64,000 bases of DNA from Deltaproteobacteria bacterium. Its GTDB lineage: Bacteria > Myxococcota_A > Polyangia > Fen-1088. The number at the start of each line of letters is the position of its first letter. Positions within the stretch are counted from its first letter, which is position 1. Below the pieces are notes generated by a model. It made no database searches. It was not told the DNA's origin and saw only the letters and a list, made by a program, of their open reading frames with translations. The position numbers and the translations under genes are program-made. This document shows positions 20,299 to 30,254 of the stretch, one piece after another. Where the stretch lies: assembly GCA_033763315.1 (NCBI GenBank), contig JANRKS010000007.1, positions 192,001 to 256,000 on the forward strand, in the 5' to 3' direction.

Positions 20299-20330
20299 CC
20301 TAAGTGTTCACGAAGTCAGAATGTGGCTCA
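20299..20330 (-). promoter_or_regulatory. Putative ECF sigma target promoter TGAGCC-N17-ACACTTAGG
   Basis: Matches the motif upstream of the sigma gene (23878-23910). Confidence 0.6.
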
Positions 20331-20354
20331 ACCCCGGACGGGCTGATCGACAGC

Positions 20355-21032
20355 CTAGAGCCGCTCGAATTGGATATGGTCTATCCAAACATCGAACTTT
20401 TGGTCCAAGGCAACGTGGAATTGAACGATTTCGTCGAGTTTAAAGCTGGCTGGCGGCACGCCCCAGCCCATCTGTCGTAGATCCGCAAACGGCAAAACGA
20501 AGCGCTGCCAGCGACCCGTGACAGCCACACCCGTGCCAAAGTTATCAACGCAGGAGGTGCAGCGGCCGTTCCAAGCCGTCTCCATGGTGGACACGCTGGC
20601 TCTGAACGTGCGCGGACGTGTGTCGTTGGGCGACAGCGCCATATAAAACGAAATGGCGTTCCACCCGGAACCGTTGAAAGGCGAAGGATGCGGAGGGGCC
20701 GCGAAGAAAACACTGGCAGAAGCTCCCCACCCGGTCTGACCCGTCGTGGAAAGGTGCATCGCGTATTTGCCCAACGCCGCGCACGTGTTGGATACAGAGG
20801 CCGTCGGCTTGGCGCTGTCATCATCCCAAATTTCCCAATTGCCGCCCAAGCCGCCTGTACGGCCCGTCAGATTGTCGCCGTCTTCAAGATCATCGATGAT
20901 CAGATAAGCTTGCGGTTGCGGAGGCAATTGCACGTTCGGCAACGGACACGCGGGCGATGCTGTCAATGTTTCTACTGTCGATGGCTCGCAAGCCGCGAGG
21001 CACAACAGCCCCAGAATCACGACCGACCTCAT
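20355..21032 (-). CDS. Lipoprotein with CBM11/CIA30-like domain
   Basis: LAAC lipobox; IDDLEDGD, W..F.LPFADL.Q.GWG and WIDHIQF motifs. Confidence 0.65.
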   Translation of the reverse strand: MRSVVILGLLCLAACEPSTVETLTASPACPLPNVQLPPQPQAYLIIDDLEDGDNLTGRTGGLGGNWEIWDDDSAKPTASVSNTCAALGKYAMHLSTTGQTGWGASASVFFAAPPHPSPFNGSGWNAISFYMALSPNDTRPRTFRASVSTMETAWNGRCTSCVDNFGTGVAVTGRWQRFVLPFADLRQMGWGVPPASFKLDEIVQFHVALDQKFDVWIDHIQFERL

Positions 21033-22012
21033 CGCGATAGGGCCTCAATCGTTAGAACTGCCGCCGCGCCCAACTGCCCCACAGCGCCCACATCGCGTTG
21101 TGCATGAGCGATGCGGGTCTCGGAGAAATTCGCACCGCCGGATAGATCGAGTCCACCGCGCAACCACGAAGCCAGGTTCACGCCAGCCCGTGCATGACTG
21201 TAAATGCCAAGCTCCGTAAAGGTTTGGTCGCGCGCGATGACGGAGCTGTTGGCGAAGCCCTCCACTTGCCAAATCTGCCACAAAAGCCCCACACCCACGG
21301 CAGCAAACCAACGCGTAAACGTGTGGTCAACACGCACGCCCAAAGCCAGCCCCCAGGGCGTGGCCCGGGTGGTGCCCTCCAGGGTATGCAAGTCACTCGT
21401 TTGCCAGGGACCTTGCAGCAGCAACTCGGGGCCCACACCACGCCACAAAGACCAAGCCGCTTCCACGCGAAGAATAGGTACCGCAGGAAAGCCACCACGT
21501 TGTTTGAATACGCCGGCGCCAGCGCCCAAGAGGAACGCAGGCTTTGAAGCGGATGCCGGCTCAGCCGCGGCGGCCTGGTGAACATCGGCCACGGCCCCCG
21601 GTGATGTCGCGGATTGCCCCTGCAAAGCGGCGCGCACCAATTCCGTTGTCTGCAACACAACCATCGCCACATCCGGTCCATCAGGCCGCTCGTCGACCAC
21701 CAAGTTCCTCACCATCGGTCGACCATTGGCGGTTTCGTCCAACCACAGTTCAACGCCCTTGCCCGAGGGCAAAGCGCGCACAACCGACAAGCAACCGTCT
21801 TTGCGCGCAAGCGCGTCCAAAGGCTCATCCGAAAACGTTTGCGTTCGCGTGGCCAGGCCCGCCGTTGCAAGCTCCGCCAACAGCCGTGGCGAGAACATGT
21901 CTGCGCCTGCGCCTGTGTTCGTGATCAACAACACATCACAGCGCGGTTGCGCCCACGCATTCCCCGTACACAGGGATAAGGCCACCCACAAAAGCGCGCT
22001 ACGAGCCATCAA
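21029..22012 (-). CDS. Secreted or outer-membrane protein with probable C-terminal beta-barrel
   Basis: Signal peptide (…GNAWA|Q) and amphipathic beta-strand C-terminal half. Start re-set to TTG 22012 / ATG 22009. Confidence 0.55.
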   Translation of the reverse strand: MMARSALLWVALSLCTGNAWAQPRCDVLLITNTGAGADMFSPRLLAELATAGLATRTQTFSDEPLDALARKDGCLSVVRALPSGKGVELWLDETANGRPMVRNLVVDERPDGPDVAMVVLQTTELVRAALQGQSATSPGAVADVHQAAAAEPASASKPAFLLGAGAGVFKQRGGFPAVPILRVEAAWSLWRGVGPELLLQGPWQTSDLHTLEGTTRATPWGLALGVRVDHTFTRWFAAVGVGLLWQIWQVEGFANSSVIARDQTFTELGIYSHARAGVNLASWLRGGLDLSGGANFSETRIAHAQRDVGAVGQLGAAAVLTIEALSR

Positions 22013-22059
22013 CTTGGCGATTATACGCTGCGTGTGGCCTTCACAGTGGTGTGCAATGA

Positions 22060-23250
22060 CTATTGACTTAACAAACGTCTCGCCAAGCCCGCGTAAGGGC
22101 CATTCGGAAAGCGCGCCAAATAAGCGCGCGCGTCGTCGTGAGCCGCCGCTTGGCTGCCCGAATCTGTGAGGGACATTCGTTGGCGCGCCTGCAATAGCCG
22201 GCCCCACGCGTCTCCCACGAGAGCCCCCTGCGGGTTATCGGCCAAGTAGCGAGTGAAATGCAAAGCGGCGGCCTCATAGTTCTGATTTTGATCGAAGGCG
22301 AGACGTCCCAAATGAAAGGTCGCTAACGCGCTTTGAGGTGAGTGAGGAAAGCGTTTGTTCAAGATGCCCAAGGCTTGCTCGGCCGCCGTCACATCGCCCG
22401 CCAACCGGGCGGCGTCCCCCAGATCCAAAAGTTCGGCCGCGCTTGCTGTTCGGCAAAGACCCACAAATCCAGCGGCCTTCGCGTGAGCCAAAGCCTCTTG
22501 GTATCGCCCCGCCTTTGCCAATTGCCACCACAGATTGTTGGCCATCGCTACGCGCTTGGGGCTGGCGGGCATAGGCTCACTTTCTGGCGTACGCGTCGCA
22601 GCTGCTTTTGCCGCTTCAAATGCCACAGGTGCCTCATCACACAGGGCCACCAAACGCTGTGGCGCCACCATCTTGCGCGCGTCTTTTAAACACGTGCCCG
22701 TGACGGTCACAGATCCTTCCACCAACACCACTTCCATGCGCTGCTGCTCGGGCTGCCAATCCACTGAGAAACGCGTGCCCGTGACGTTGACGGCAAAGGG
22801 CCCCGCCTCCACGGCCCACGCACGGCCTTTGCCCTTTTGAATGGCAAGCGCAGCGTGCCCTCGATGCAATTGCACGCGCGCCTTGGTTTTTCCGAACTCT
22901 GCCACACGCAATTGGCTGCGCGGATCAAGCTCAATGCGGCTGCCTTCATCGAACCGCAATGGCAAGGGGCGCGCCTGTGTTTCGAGCAACGCGCCCACTT
23001 CACCGGGCACCTCGCCCGCCACAAAGCCAACGGTGGTGCGTGCACGCCGCAGCGGCATCCACGCCAACGCCAAAACAACAACCGTGGCGGCAGCGCCAAC
23101 CAAGACAAACGCCGGCGAACGCCGCACGGGCCGGTGAACTTGACGTAGAAAGGCCGCACGTCCCGCACGCGCTGCCTCTTCAGAGGGCACGGCCCTCGCC
23201 ATCGCGTCGTTCACCGCCCCACCCAGTTGCTTTAAGCTTTCAGTTCCCAT
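22060..23250 (-). CDS. FecR-domain anti-sigma with C-terminal TPR
   Basis: TM helix; FDEGSRIEL and VNVTGTRFSV (FecR); YLARFPNGPY TPR tail. Confidence 0.85.
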   Translation of the reverse strand: MGTESLKQLGGAVNDAMARAVPSEEAARAGRAAFLRQVHRPVRRSPAFVLVGAAATVVVLALAWMPLRRARTTVGFVAGEVPGEVGALLETQARPLPLRFDEGSRIELDPRSQLRVAEFGKTKARVQLHRGHAALAIQKGKGRAWAVEAGPFAVNVTGTRFSVDWQPEQQRMEVVLVEGSVTVTGTCLKDARKMVAPQRLVALCDEAPVAFEAAKAAATRTPESEPMPASPKRVAMANNLWWQLAKAGRYQEALAHAKAAGFVGLCRTASAAELLDLGDAARLAGDVTAAEQALGILNKRFPHSPQSALATFHLGRLAFDQNQNYEAAALHFTRYLADNPQGALVGDAWGRLLQARQRMSLTDSGSQAAAHDDARAYLARFPNGPYAGLARRLLSQ

Positions 23251-23864
23251 CGCTCCCCCTCTTCAATAAACGCGCGCAAGCGTGGGCTCTTGTGAGCCAC
23301 AGCTAAAAAGCGTGCTTCCGCCTTCGCCAAGCGCCGCTTGAACGTCGCCAAAGAAACCTTCATCGAGGCCGCAGCCTCGGCCAGCGGCAAGCCATCAATC
23401 AATCGCAGCGCAAAGGCCAAGCGCTCGTCCGCGGGCATGGTGTTCAACACTGCGTAAACCTCTTGCAACGCTTGTCTGACGTCATCGGCCACGGGCAAGG
23501 CGACTGTGGGTTGTACTTGCACGGGCGAGAACACCGAAAGCCACTTGCGGCGCGCCCGGCGGCGCAGACACGCCCGCGCCGTGAACACCGCAATCGTGGT
23601 AAGCCACGGACCGAGGCGCGACGGGTCGTCCAAGGAACGGATGTCAGCCAACGCATGAATGAACGTCTCTTGTAGAAGGTCGGGCGCTTCGGCATCGGGG
23701 CCCAACGTGCGCGTGATCGTGCGGTGCACGCCCTGGGCGTAACGGTCCCACAACGCAGCGGCCGCACCCGGGTGTCGCAGACGCAGCGCGGCCACGAGGG
23801 CGTGATCGTCCCCCGAAAAGCGCAGGGGTTCGACGTTGTTGGGGGTGTTGCGCGCCAAGGACAT
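23232..23864 (-). CDS. ECF RNA polymerase sigma factor
   Basis: DLLQETF and WLTTIA (region 2); R.AF.LR..DGL...EAA....SLATFKRRL (region 4). Confidence 0.92.
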   Translation of the reverse strand: MSLARNTPNNVEPLRFSGDDHALVAALRLRHPGAAAALWDRYAQGVHRTITRTLGPDAEAPDLLQETFIHALADIRSLDDPSRLGPWLTTIAVFTARACLRRRARRKWLSVFSPVQVQPTVALPVADDVRQALQEVYAVLNTMPADERLAFALRLIDGLPLAEAAASMKVSLATFKRRLAKAEARFLAVAHKSPRLRAFIEEGERWELKA

Positions 23865-23877
23865 AAGCTTAAACTGT

Positions 23878-23910
23878 CCTTAGTGTCCGCGAGCCGCGAA
23901 AACCGGCTCA
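23878..23910 (-). promoter_or_regulatory. Putative autoregulatory ECF promoter TGAGCC-N18-ACACTAAGG
   Basis: Immediately upstream of the sigma ATG; repeated upstream of the DUF1592 gene. Confidence 0.6.
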
Positions 23911-23932
23911 CCTCCCCTCTGACGGGGCGTCT

Positions 23933-24343
23933 TTAGGCTGGGAACGCCTCAGCGGCCGCGCTCAGCCGTGCCAATTCGTCGGCCTGGATCTCACGCTCGC
24001 CCATGAAGGCAATGCCCACCACCGCACGCACGCCGCCTTGCGCGTCGTGAATCGGTATCGCCACGGCGGCGTTGGCGTTCACCGCTTTGGCCCCTGGACG
24101 CACGTCACCTGAGGCGTCGTCTTTGAGGTTGCACGTTTGCACGGGCTTATCGCGTTCGAAGGCCAAACCCGCCATGCCTTTGCCAAATGGGATCACTTGC
24201 GTCACCTCGACGACCTTAGGTGGAATGTTGACGGAGGCTTGCATGCGCAACATCTGGCCGTCCCGCACGTGCACGGTGCCTGCAACGCCGCCATGGCTTG
24301 TGAGAAATGACGACAGCCATGCATTGGGATCGAAGGTGCTCAT
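23933..24343 (-). CDS. Stand-alone GAF domain protein
   Basis: IPFGKGMAGLAF...PVQTCN and AVAIPI..VRAVVG motifs. ATG at 24343. Confidence 0.8.
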   Translation of the reverse strand: MSTFDPNAWLSSFLTSHGGVAGTVHVRDGQMLRMQASVNIPPKVVEVTQVIPFGKGMAGLAFERDKPVQTCNLKDDASGDVRPGAKAVNANAAVAIPIHDAQGGVRAVVGIAFMGEREIQADELARLSAAAEAFPA

Positions 24344-24393
24344 GGCCTGGCAGTTTGACACAAAATCGCAAGCCGCTGCTATGGTCGTGGCGC

Positions 24394-25020
24394 GTGGCCC
24401 AGCCAACAAACACTCCCAAGAGAGAATGGCGAAAGATCGTGGCTGTGGTGCTGGCCACACTGGCGATCCCGATCATTCCTTTCCTCGTGGTGGGCGAACT
24501 GCCGGGACAACAGTGGCTAGAAGGCCACAGCGCGCGTGGCTTGGGTGTGGGCGGCACCGGTGCGGTTTTGTTGGCGATGGATGTGCTTCTGCCGATCCCG
24601 TCGAGCCTCGTGGGCACGCTCATGGGTGCGCGGTTGGGGGTTGCCGCGGGCTTCGCTTGGGTGGCTGCGGGACTGATCGTGGGTCATCTGATCGGCTTCG
24701 CGCTCGGGCGTTTGTGGCCCGCGCGGTTCGCGCCCACTGTGGCACAAGCGCCCACGGGTCTTGCGGTATTTCTTAGCCGCCCGGTGCCCGTGTTTGCTGA
24801 GGCCGTGGCCATCGCGGCGGGTGCGGCTCGCTTGCCGCTTGGCACATATGTGTTGTGGTGCGTGTCAGGTGATGCGCTTTACGCGCTGGTGTTGGCGGCC
24901 AACGGCGCGCAGTTTTTACCGGAAAACATGGTGGTGTGGGCGTTGTTGCTGCCGATGGCTTTGCCCGTGATTTCGTGGCTGGCGTGGCGCGTGTGGCAAC
25001 GTCGCAAACGCGCAAATTGA
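24394..25020 (+). CDS. DedA/VTT (SNARE-associated) membrane protein
   Basis: DVLLPIPSS and SRPVPVFAEA..IAAG motifs; multiple TM segments. Confidence 0.75.
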   Translation: MAQPTNTPKREWRKIVAVVLATLAIPIIPFLVVGELPGQQWLEGHSARGLGVGGTGAVLLAMDVLLPIPSSLVGTLMGARLGVAAGFAWVAAGLIVGHLIGFALGRLWPARFAPTVAQAPTGLAVFLSRPVPVFAEAVAIAAGAARLPLGTYVLWCVSGDALYALVLAANGAQFLPENMVVWALLLPMALPVISWLAWRVWQRRKRAN

Positions 25021-25063
25021 TCGCGATTGCAGCGTAGAGAAGCGCCAGCACGGTGGCTACAAT

Positions 25064-26467
25064 GTGAAGGTGGATTCACACGCTGCCTCGCAAGCTTTGG
25101 TTGCAAAATACGATCGCCCCGGCCCGCGATACACCAGTTATCCAGCCGTTCCCGCGTGGCAAGAAACGTTTGATCACAAAGCCTACGAGACACGCTTAAA
25201 CGCCCATGCGGTGTCGCCTGCGCCAGCGCCACTCAGCCTTTACGTGCATTTGCCATTTTGCCGCAAACGCTGCCTTTACTGCGGTTGCAACGTGGTGATC
25301 AGCAACAAGCAAGACATCGTGCTGCCATATCTCGATGCGCTTCTTCAGGAGATCCGCATGGTGGCCGATCGGCTGGGCACCGCGCGGCACGCAATGCAAC
25401 TTCACTTTGGCGGCGGCACGCCCACCTTTCTCACGCCCGCTCAACTGCAGCACTTGGTCGGCGCCCTTGAGGCATCATTTGATTTTGTGGCTGGCGCCGA
25501 ACGGTCGGTGGAGGTGGATCCGCGTGTGACCACCGCAGAGCACCTGGCAACGCTGCGCGCTTTGGGTTTCGATCGCATTTCGATGGGCGTGCAAGATCTG
25601 GATGATGAAGTGCAAGTGGCGATCGGCCGCGTGCAACCCGCCGAACAAACACAGCGCTTCTTCGAGGATTGTCGCGCCGCCGGCTTTGCTTCGATCAACG
25701 TCGACTTGATTTACGGCCTGCCCCAACAAACCCCAGCCAGCTTCGATGCCACCATCGCCACGGTGGGCGCGTGGCAGCCCGATCGCATTGCGCTGTTCAG
25801 CTACGCGCACGTGCCACACATGCGGCCTCACCAAGCCAAAATGCCTGTGGGCTTGCTTCCGAGCGCCAGAACAAAACTCGGCCTTTATGTCAACGCCGTC
25901 GAGGCATTCGAACGCGCCGGCTATACGTGGATTGGCCTCGACCATTTCGCGAAACCCACAGATGAGTTGGCCACCGCCCACGCGCAACACACCCTGCGCC
26001 GAAACTTCATGGGCTTTACGACAAAGCCGGAAACAGATGTTGTGGCGTTCGGCCTATCGGCGATCAGTGAAGTGAACCACGCGTACGCGCAAAACGATCC
26101 GCACCTGCCCGGCTACCGCCGCCGCATTGAAAGTGGAACGCTTGCCACCACCCGTGGCGTGGAATTGACGCGCGATGATCAGATCCGGCGTGACGTCATC
26201 ATGTCGCTTCTGTGCACGAACCAAGTCAGCGCCGAGGCGATCGAACGCAAACACCACATCAGCTTTGCTGAATACTTCGCCGCCGAACATCAAGCGCTTG
26301 ACGCTTTGATGGGGGATGGGTTGCTCACGGCAAGCGCGGCTGGCATCCAAGTGACCCGCAAGGGCCGATGGGTGCTGCGCAACATCTGTATGGTGTTCGA
26401 TGCGCATTTGGCCCCCACGGCACAGCGAGCACGCGGCGCCCAACCCCAGTATTCCCGGACCATATAG
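25064..26467 (+). CDS. hemN: Oxygen-independent coproporphyrinogen III oxidase
   Basis: KYDRPGPRYTSYP, HLPFCRKRCLYCGC, GGGTPT and LRRNFMG motifs. True start may be GTG 25070. Confidence 0.93.
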   Translation: MKVDSHAASQALVAKYDRPGPRYTSYPAVPAWQETFDHKAYETRLNAHAVSPAPAPLSLYVHLPFCRKRCLYCGCNVVISNKQDIVLPYLDALLQEIRMVADRLGTARHAMQLHFGGGTPTFLTPAQLQHLVGALEASFDFVAGAERSVEVDPRVTTAEHLATLRALGFDRISMGVQDLDDEVQVAIGRVQPAEQTQRFFEDCRAAGFASINVDLIYGLPQQTPASFDATIATVGAWQPDRIALFSYAHVPHMRPHQAKMPVGLLPSARTKLGLYVNAVEAFERAGYTWIGLDHFAKPTDELATAHAQHTLRRNFMGFTTKPETDVVAFGLSAISEVNHAYAQNDPHLPGYRRRIESGTLATTRGVELTRDDQIRRDVIMSLLCTNQVSAEAIERKHHISFAEYFAAEHQALDALMGDGLLTASAAGIQVTRKGRWVLRNICMVFDAHLAPTAQRARGAQPQYSRTI

Positions 26468-26503
26468 AGCCGCCGGGTCGGTTTGCAGGTAACCTTGCCA
26501 ACC

Positions 26504-27751
26504 ATGAACCTGGTGTGGTTTGGCCTGTGGTGGGTGGCGCGCACGGTAGGATCGCCGGCAACGGTGGAACCTGAATTGTGTTTGAGGGGCGGCCAGGTGG
26601 TTGATCCAGTGGCGCACACCGTTGTAGCCGCCGACGTGCGCATTGCCGGCAGCAAGGTGCAGCAGGTGAAAGCAGGCGCGTGCCGCAAGGACAGCCTGGA
26701 TGTGCAAGGCGCCTTCGTGCTGCCCGGCTTCGTCGATGCGCACGTTCATTCGTGGGGCAACCCCTCGCCTGTTGCCGAAGCAGACGACGAAGAGTGGGGC
26801 GATGAAAAGAACGCGCAACGCATGTTGCAGGCCGGTGTGGTGGGCTTTTTGAGCATGACCGGTGAGCCTGAGGATCTGGCGCTGCGCGATCGCGTGCGTG
26901 CGTCGCCTGCCCACGCGCAGATCGTGTTGGCCTCGCCCACAGGGTCTTATGAAAATGGTGATCGGCAAGCGCGTGCACGCATCCGTGCGATGGCGGCCAC
27001 GAAGCCCGATTTCATCAAGCTGTTCGCCGGCGGGCCACAGCTGGCCACAATGATGGACGAAGCCAAAACGATGCGTCTGCCAACGGTGGTGCACATCGCT
27101 TCGTGGCCAGATGCCTTGGTGGCCATTGAAGCCGGGGCCACGGCGATCACCCACTTGGAAGATGAAGTGGTGATCCCTGACAACGTTGTGCAAGCGATGC
27201 TCAAACACAAAACGGTATCGATACCCACCATGGCTGTTCAATGCGATATGGCCATGCTCGCCCAGCCGGCGGCGCCCGAAGCCGCGTGGTTGCGCGATCC
27301 GTTGCTCGCGCGCGTGGCAGGAAAACGCGTGCTTGCCCAATACACAAAACCCGAAGCGTGGAGTGCACGCACGCGGCGCACGATCGAGTGGCAAAGCGCG
27401 GGCTGTAAAGCCAACGATTTTGCTTCCATCAAAAAGTTAGTGAAGGCCGGGGTGCCCATTGTCGCCGGATCGGACACGGGCAACTTGGGCACATTCCAAG
27501 GGTACTCCTTGCACCGCGAGATGCACTTGCTGGTGCAAGCAGGGCTATCTGTGTGGCAGGCGCTGGCGGCTGGCACCACTTCCGCGTCACGTTTTTTGGG
27601 GCTGCCCTACGGCGTGCGTGTGGGCGACGAAGCCAGCTTGGTGGTTTTGGATCGCTCGCCACTGGCTGACATCCGCAACACAACGACCATTCGGCACGTC
27701 ATTCGTCACGGGCGGCTCGTGCCCCGCGGACCAGCCGTCTTGCCAAGATGA
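26504..27751 (+). CDS. Secreted metal-dependent amidohydrolase
   Basis: LPGFVDAHVH, FIKL, VVHI, ITHL and AGSDTG motifs. Confidence 0.85.
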   Translation: MNLVWFGLWWVARTVGSPATVEPELCLRGGQVVDPVAHTVVAADVRIAGSKVQQVKAGACRKDSLDVQGAFVLPGFVDAHVHSWGNPSPVAEADDEEWGDEKNAQRMLQAGVVGFLSMTGEPEDLALRDRVRASPAHAQIVLASPTGSYENGDRQARARIRAMAATKPDFIKLFAGGPQLATMMDEAKTMRLPTVVHIASWPDALVAIEAGATAITHLEDEVVIPDNVVQAMLKHKTVSIPTMAVQCDMAMLAQPAAPEAAWLRDPLLARVAGKRVLAQYTKPEAWSARTRRTIEWQSAGCKANDFASIKKLVKAGVPIVAGSDTGNLGTFQGYSLHREMHLLVQAGLSVWQALAAGTTSASRFLGLPYGVRVGDEASLVVLDRSPLADIRNTTTIRHVIRHGRLVPRGPAVLPR

Positions 27752-27775
27752 ACTTGCGTTGGCATGGTCTAACCT

Positions 27776-28588
27776 ATGTCTTCACCTTCGCCGCTTTCGC
27801 AGCCTGAGCCTTGGAACCTCGTGTCCCCGGGTTACGTGGACATCCTGTTGCCCGAGTTTACGAAGTACGCACGCAAAGCCCTGGAACAAGTGGCACCGGC
27901 TGAGACCGCACACGTGTTAGACGTGGCCACGGGGCCAGGCACATTCGCGCTTTTGGCCGCAGCGCAAGTGCAGCAAGTGACGGGCATCGATTTTGCGCAT
28001 GACATGTTGAACGCCGCTCGCAAACATGCCGCCGAGCAAGGCTTGCGCAACGTTGAATTTCACGAAGGCGACGCGCAGACGCTGCCGTTTCCCGACAACA
28101 CCTTCGACGCTGCCTTTTCCATCTTTGGCCTCATTTTCTTCCCCAACCGAATTCAAGGTCTCAAAGAGATGCGCCGTGTGCTCAAACCGGGCGGCAAAGT
28201 GGGCCTCACAAGCTGGGTGCCGTTCAAAGAGGTGCCGTTGATCGAAGCCGTGTTCACTGTGATTGCTCAGCATTTGTCCACGCCCTTTGGCAGCGACGGG
28301 CCTCCGCCCTTGGGCACGCCGGAATTGATTCACGAAGAATTTAGCGCCGCCGGTTTTGCGAACGTCGACGTCAAGCGCATCGAGAACACGGTGCACGAGC
28401 CATCACTGCACGCTTACTGGGAATCCATGGTTCGTTCCACCGCACCACTCACGCTGCTGCGCAAACGCCTGGGTGACGGATGGGCCGCCTTCGAGCAACG
28501 CGTGTTTGCTGATCTGCAGCAGCGCTTCGGTGCAGGGCCGGTGAGTGTAACGATGCCCGCGTGGCTCACTGTGGCCAGCAATCCGTAA
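27776..28588 (+). CDS. Class I SAM-dependent methyltransferase
   Basis: VLDVATGPG, GDAQTLPFPDNTFD and RVLKPGG motifs. Confidence 0.9.
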   Translation: MSSPSPLSQPEPWNLVSPGYVDILLPEFTKYARKALEQVAPAETAHVLDVATGPGTFALLAAAQVQQVTGIDFAHDMLNAARKHAAEQGLRNVEFHEGDAQTLPFPDNTFDAAFSIFGLIFFPNRIQGLKEMRRVLKPGGKVGLTSWVPFKEVPLIEAVFTVIAQHLSTPFGSDGPPPLGTPELIHEEFSAAGFANVDVKRIENTVHEPSLHAYWESMVRSTAPLTLLRKRLGDGWAAFEQRVFADLQQRFGAGPVSVTMPAWLTVASNP

Positions 28589-28593
28589 GCGCT

Positions 28594-30144
28594 TCACATC
28601 ACCGCGCCAAGCGGCCACGGCGCAAACTCGGCTTCACCCATACCAAGCAGTTCGCTCTTGGTGCGTTCGCCACTGGCCACGCGTACGATGCGTTCAAACA
28701 CGCGCTGACCGCACGCCTGCAGCGTGTCCGAGCCATCCACGATGCCGCCACAGTTCTCGTCCATGTCGTCTTCCATCCGCTGGTAAAGCGCCGTGTTCGT
28801 GGCCAATTTGATCGAGGGCGTTGGCACACAGCCATATACGGAACCGCGCCCGGTGGTAAAGCAAATCAAGTTCGCGCCCGCGGCCACTTGGCCCGTGGCT
28901 GAAACGGGGTCATAGCCAGGGCTATCCATAAAATTGAAACCGCGCTTCACCAAAGGCTCTGCATATCGCAGCACATCCACCAAGTTCGTGCTGCCGGCTT
29001 TCGCGACGGCACCAAGCGACTTTTCCAAGATGGTGGTAATGCCGCCCGCCTTATTTCCGGGCGAAGGGTTGTTGTCCAAGCTGCCGCCGAATTTGTCCAC
29101 GTAGGTTTGCCACCACGCCATCAGATCCAGCATTTTTTGCCCCACTTGTGGTGTCACCGCCCGACGGGTCAGCAGATGCTCGGCGCCATACGCTTCGGGT
29201 GTTTCGGATAAAATCACGCTGCCGCCATGGCGAACCAAAATGTCTGAGGCCACGCCCAAGGCAGGGTTGGCAGTGATGCCTGAGTACCCATCCGAACCAC
29301 CGCACTGCAAGCCAACGGTCAAGTGAGACAAAGGCACGGTGGTCCGTTGTGCTTGATTCGCTTCGGCGAGCAACTCTCGCACGGCCGCGATGCCACGCTC
29401 GATCGTCTTGCGTGTTCCGCCTTCGGTTTGAATGGTTAGTGTGGGCATGGTCGGGCGCGCTTGCGCCAACCGTCCCAGGCGCACCAACTCTGAAACCTGG
29501 TTCACTTCGCACCCCAAGCCAATCACCAACACGGCGCCAAAATTGGGATGCTTGACGTAGCCCGCCAGCGTACGCCGAAGCGTGTCCAGATCGTCGCCGG
29601 TGCCCGCCATGCCACAACCGGTTTTGTGCGTAAGAGCCACAACGCCATCAACGTTGCCAAAACCCGCCAGGGCTTTGTCGCGATCACGAAACGCGTCGGC
29701 CACCATCCGCGCCACCGACGCCGAGCAATTGACCGACGTCAAAATGCCAACGTAGTTGCGCGTGCCGGCACGGCCGTCGGCGCGCAGAAAGCCCTGGAAG
29801 GTCCCGGGTTCGGATGCAAACGCTGTGGGCTTCACATCCGCCGAGAAAGCCCAGTCGCGATCAAGTTTGGCAAACGCCACATTGTGGGAGTGCACATGAT
29901 CGCCAGGCACAATCGCCGCGCTGGCAAAGCCGATCACCTGGCCATAACGGCGCAACGGCTCGCCTTCGCGCACAGGGGCGGTGGCCACCTTGTGACCCGC
30001 CGGAATGTCGGCGCGCACCATCACCTCGCGCCCCTCGTCCCCAAAGGCGTCGCCAACCGATAAGGCGACGCGCGCGACCACCACGTTGTCCACGGGGGAA
30101 AGACGCAAGATCGAAGGCTTTTGGTTTTCCATGGTCAGGCTCAT
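28594..30144 (-). CDS. UxaA-family sugar-acid (altronate/galactarate) dehydratase
   Basis: SAF domain (DNVVVA, IPAGHKVA); CGGSDGYSGITANP, NPSPGNKAGG and FTTGRG motifs. Confidence 0.9.
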   Translation of the reverse strand: MSLTMENQKPSILRLSPVDNVVVARVALSVGDAFGDEGREVMVRADIPAGHKVATAPVREGEPLRRYGQVIGFASAAIVPGDHVHSHNVAFAKLDRDWAFSADVKPTAFASEPGTFQGFLRADGRAGTRNYVGILTSVNCSASVARMVADAFRDRDKALAGFGNVDGVVALTHKTGCGMAGTGDDLDTLRRTLAGYVKHPNFGAVLVIGLGCEVNQVSELVRLGRLAQARPTMPTLTIQTEGGTRKTIERGIAAVRELLAEANQAQRTTVPLSHLTVGLQCGGSDGYSGITANPALGVASDILVRHGGSVILSETPEAYGAEHLLTRRAVTPQVGQKMLDLMAWWQTYVDKFGGSLDNNPSPGNKAGGITTILEKSLGAVAKAGSTNLVDVLRYAEPLVKRGFNFMDSPGYDPVSATGQVAAGANLICFTTGRGSVYGCVPTPSIKLATNTALYQRMEDDMDENCGGIVDGSDTLQACGQRVFERIVRVASGERTKSELLGMGEAEFAPWPLGAVM

Positions 30145-30254
30145 TTTATAGCACTATAACACCGCCGCTGCCGACCCGTTTTTAGGCTGAAAGCTTAGCT
30201 GGCCAAACGGCGCTCATGGCCACTGTGGACGGTGCCTGGTAAATCTAGTCGACT

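Noticed and set aside
26054-27394. 446-aa minus-strand ORF, and similar long antisense ORFs at 8555-9628, 53527-54645 and 58627-59559
   Set aside because: They overlap well-supported genes on the opposite strand and carry no motifs; expected in high-GC DNA.
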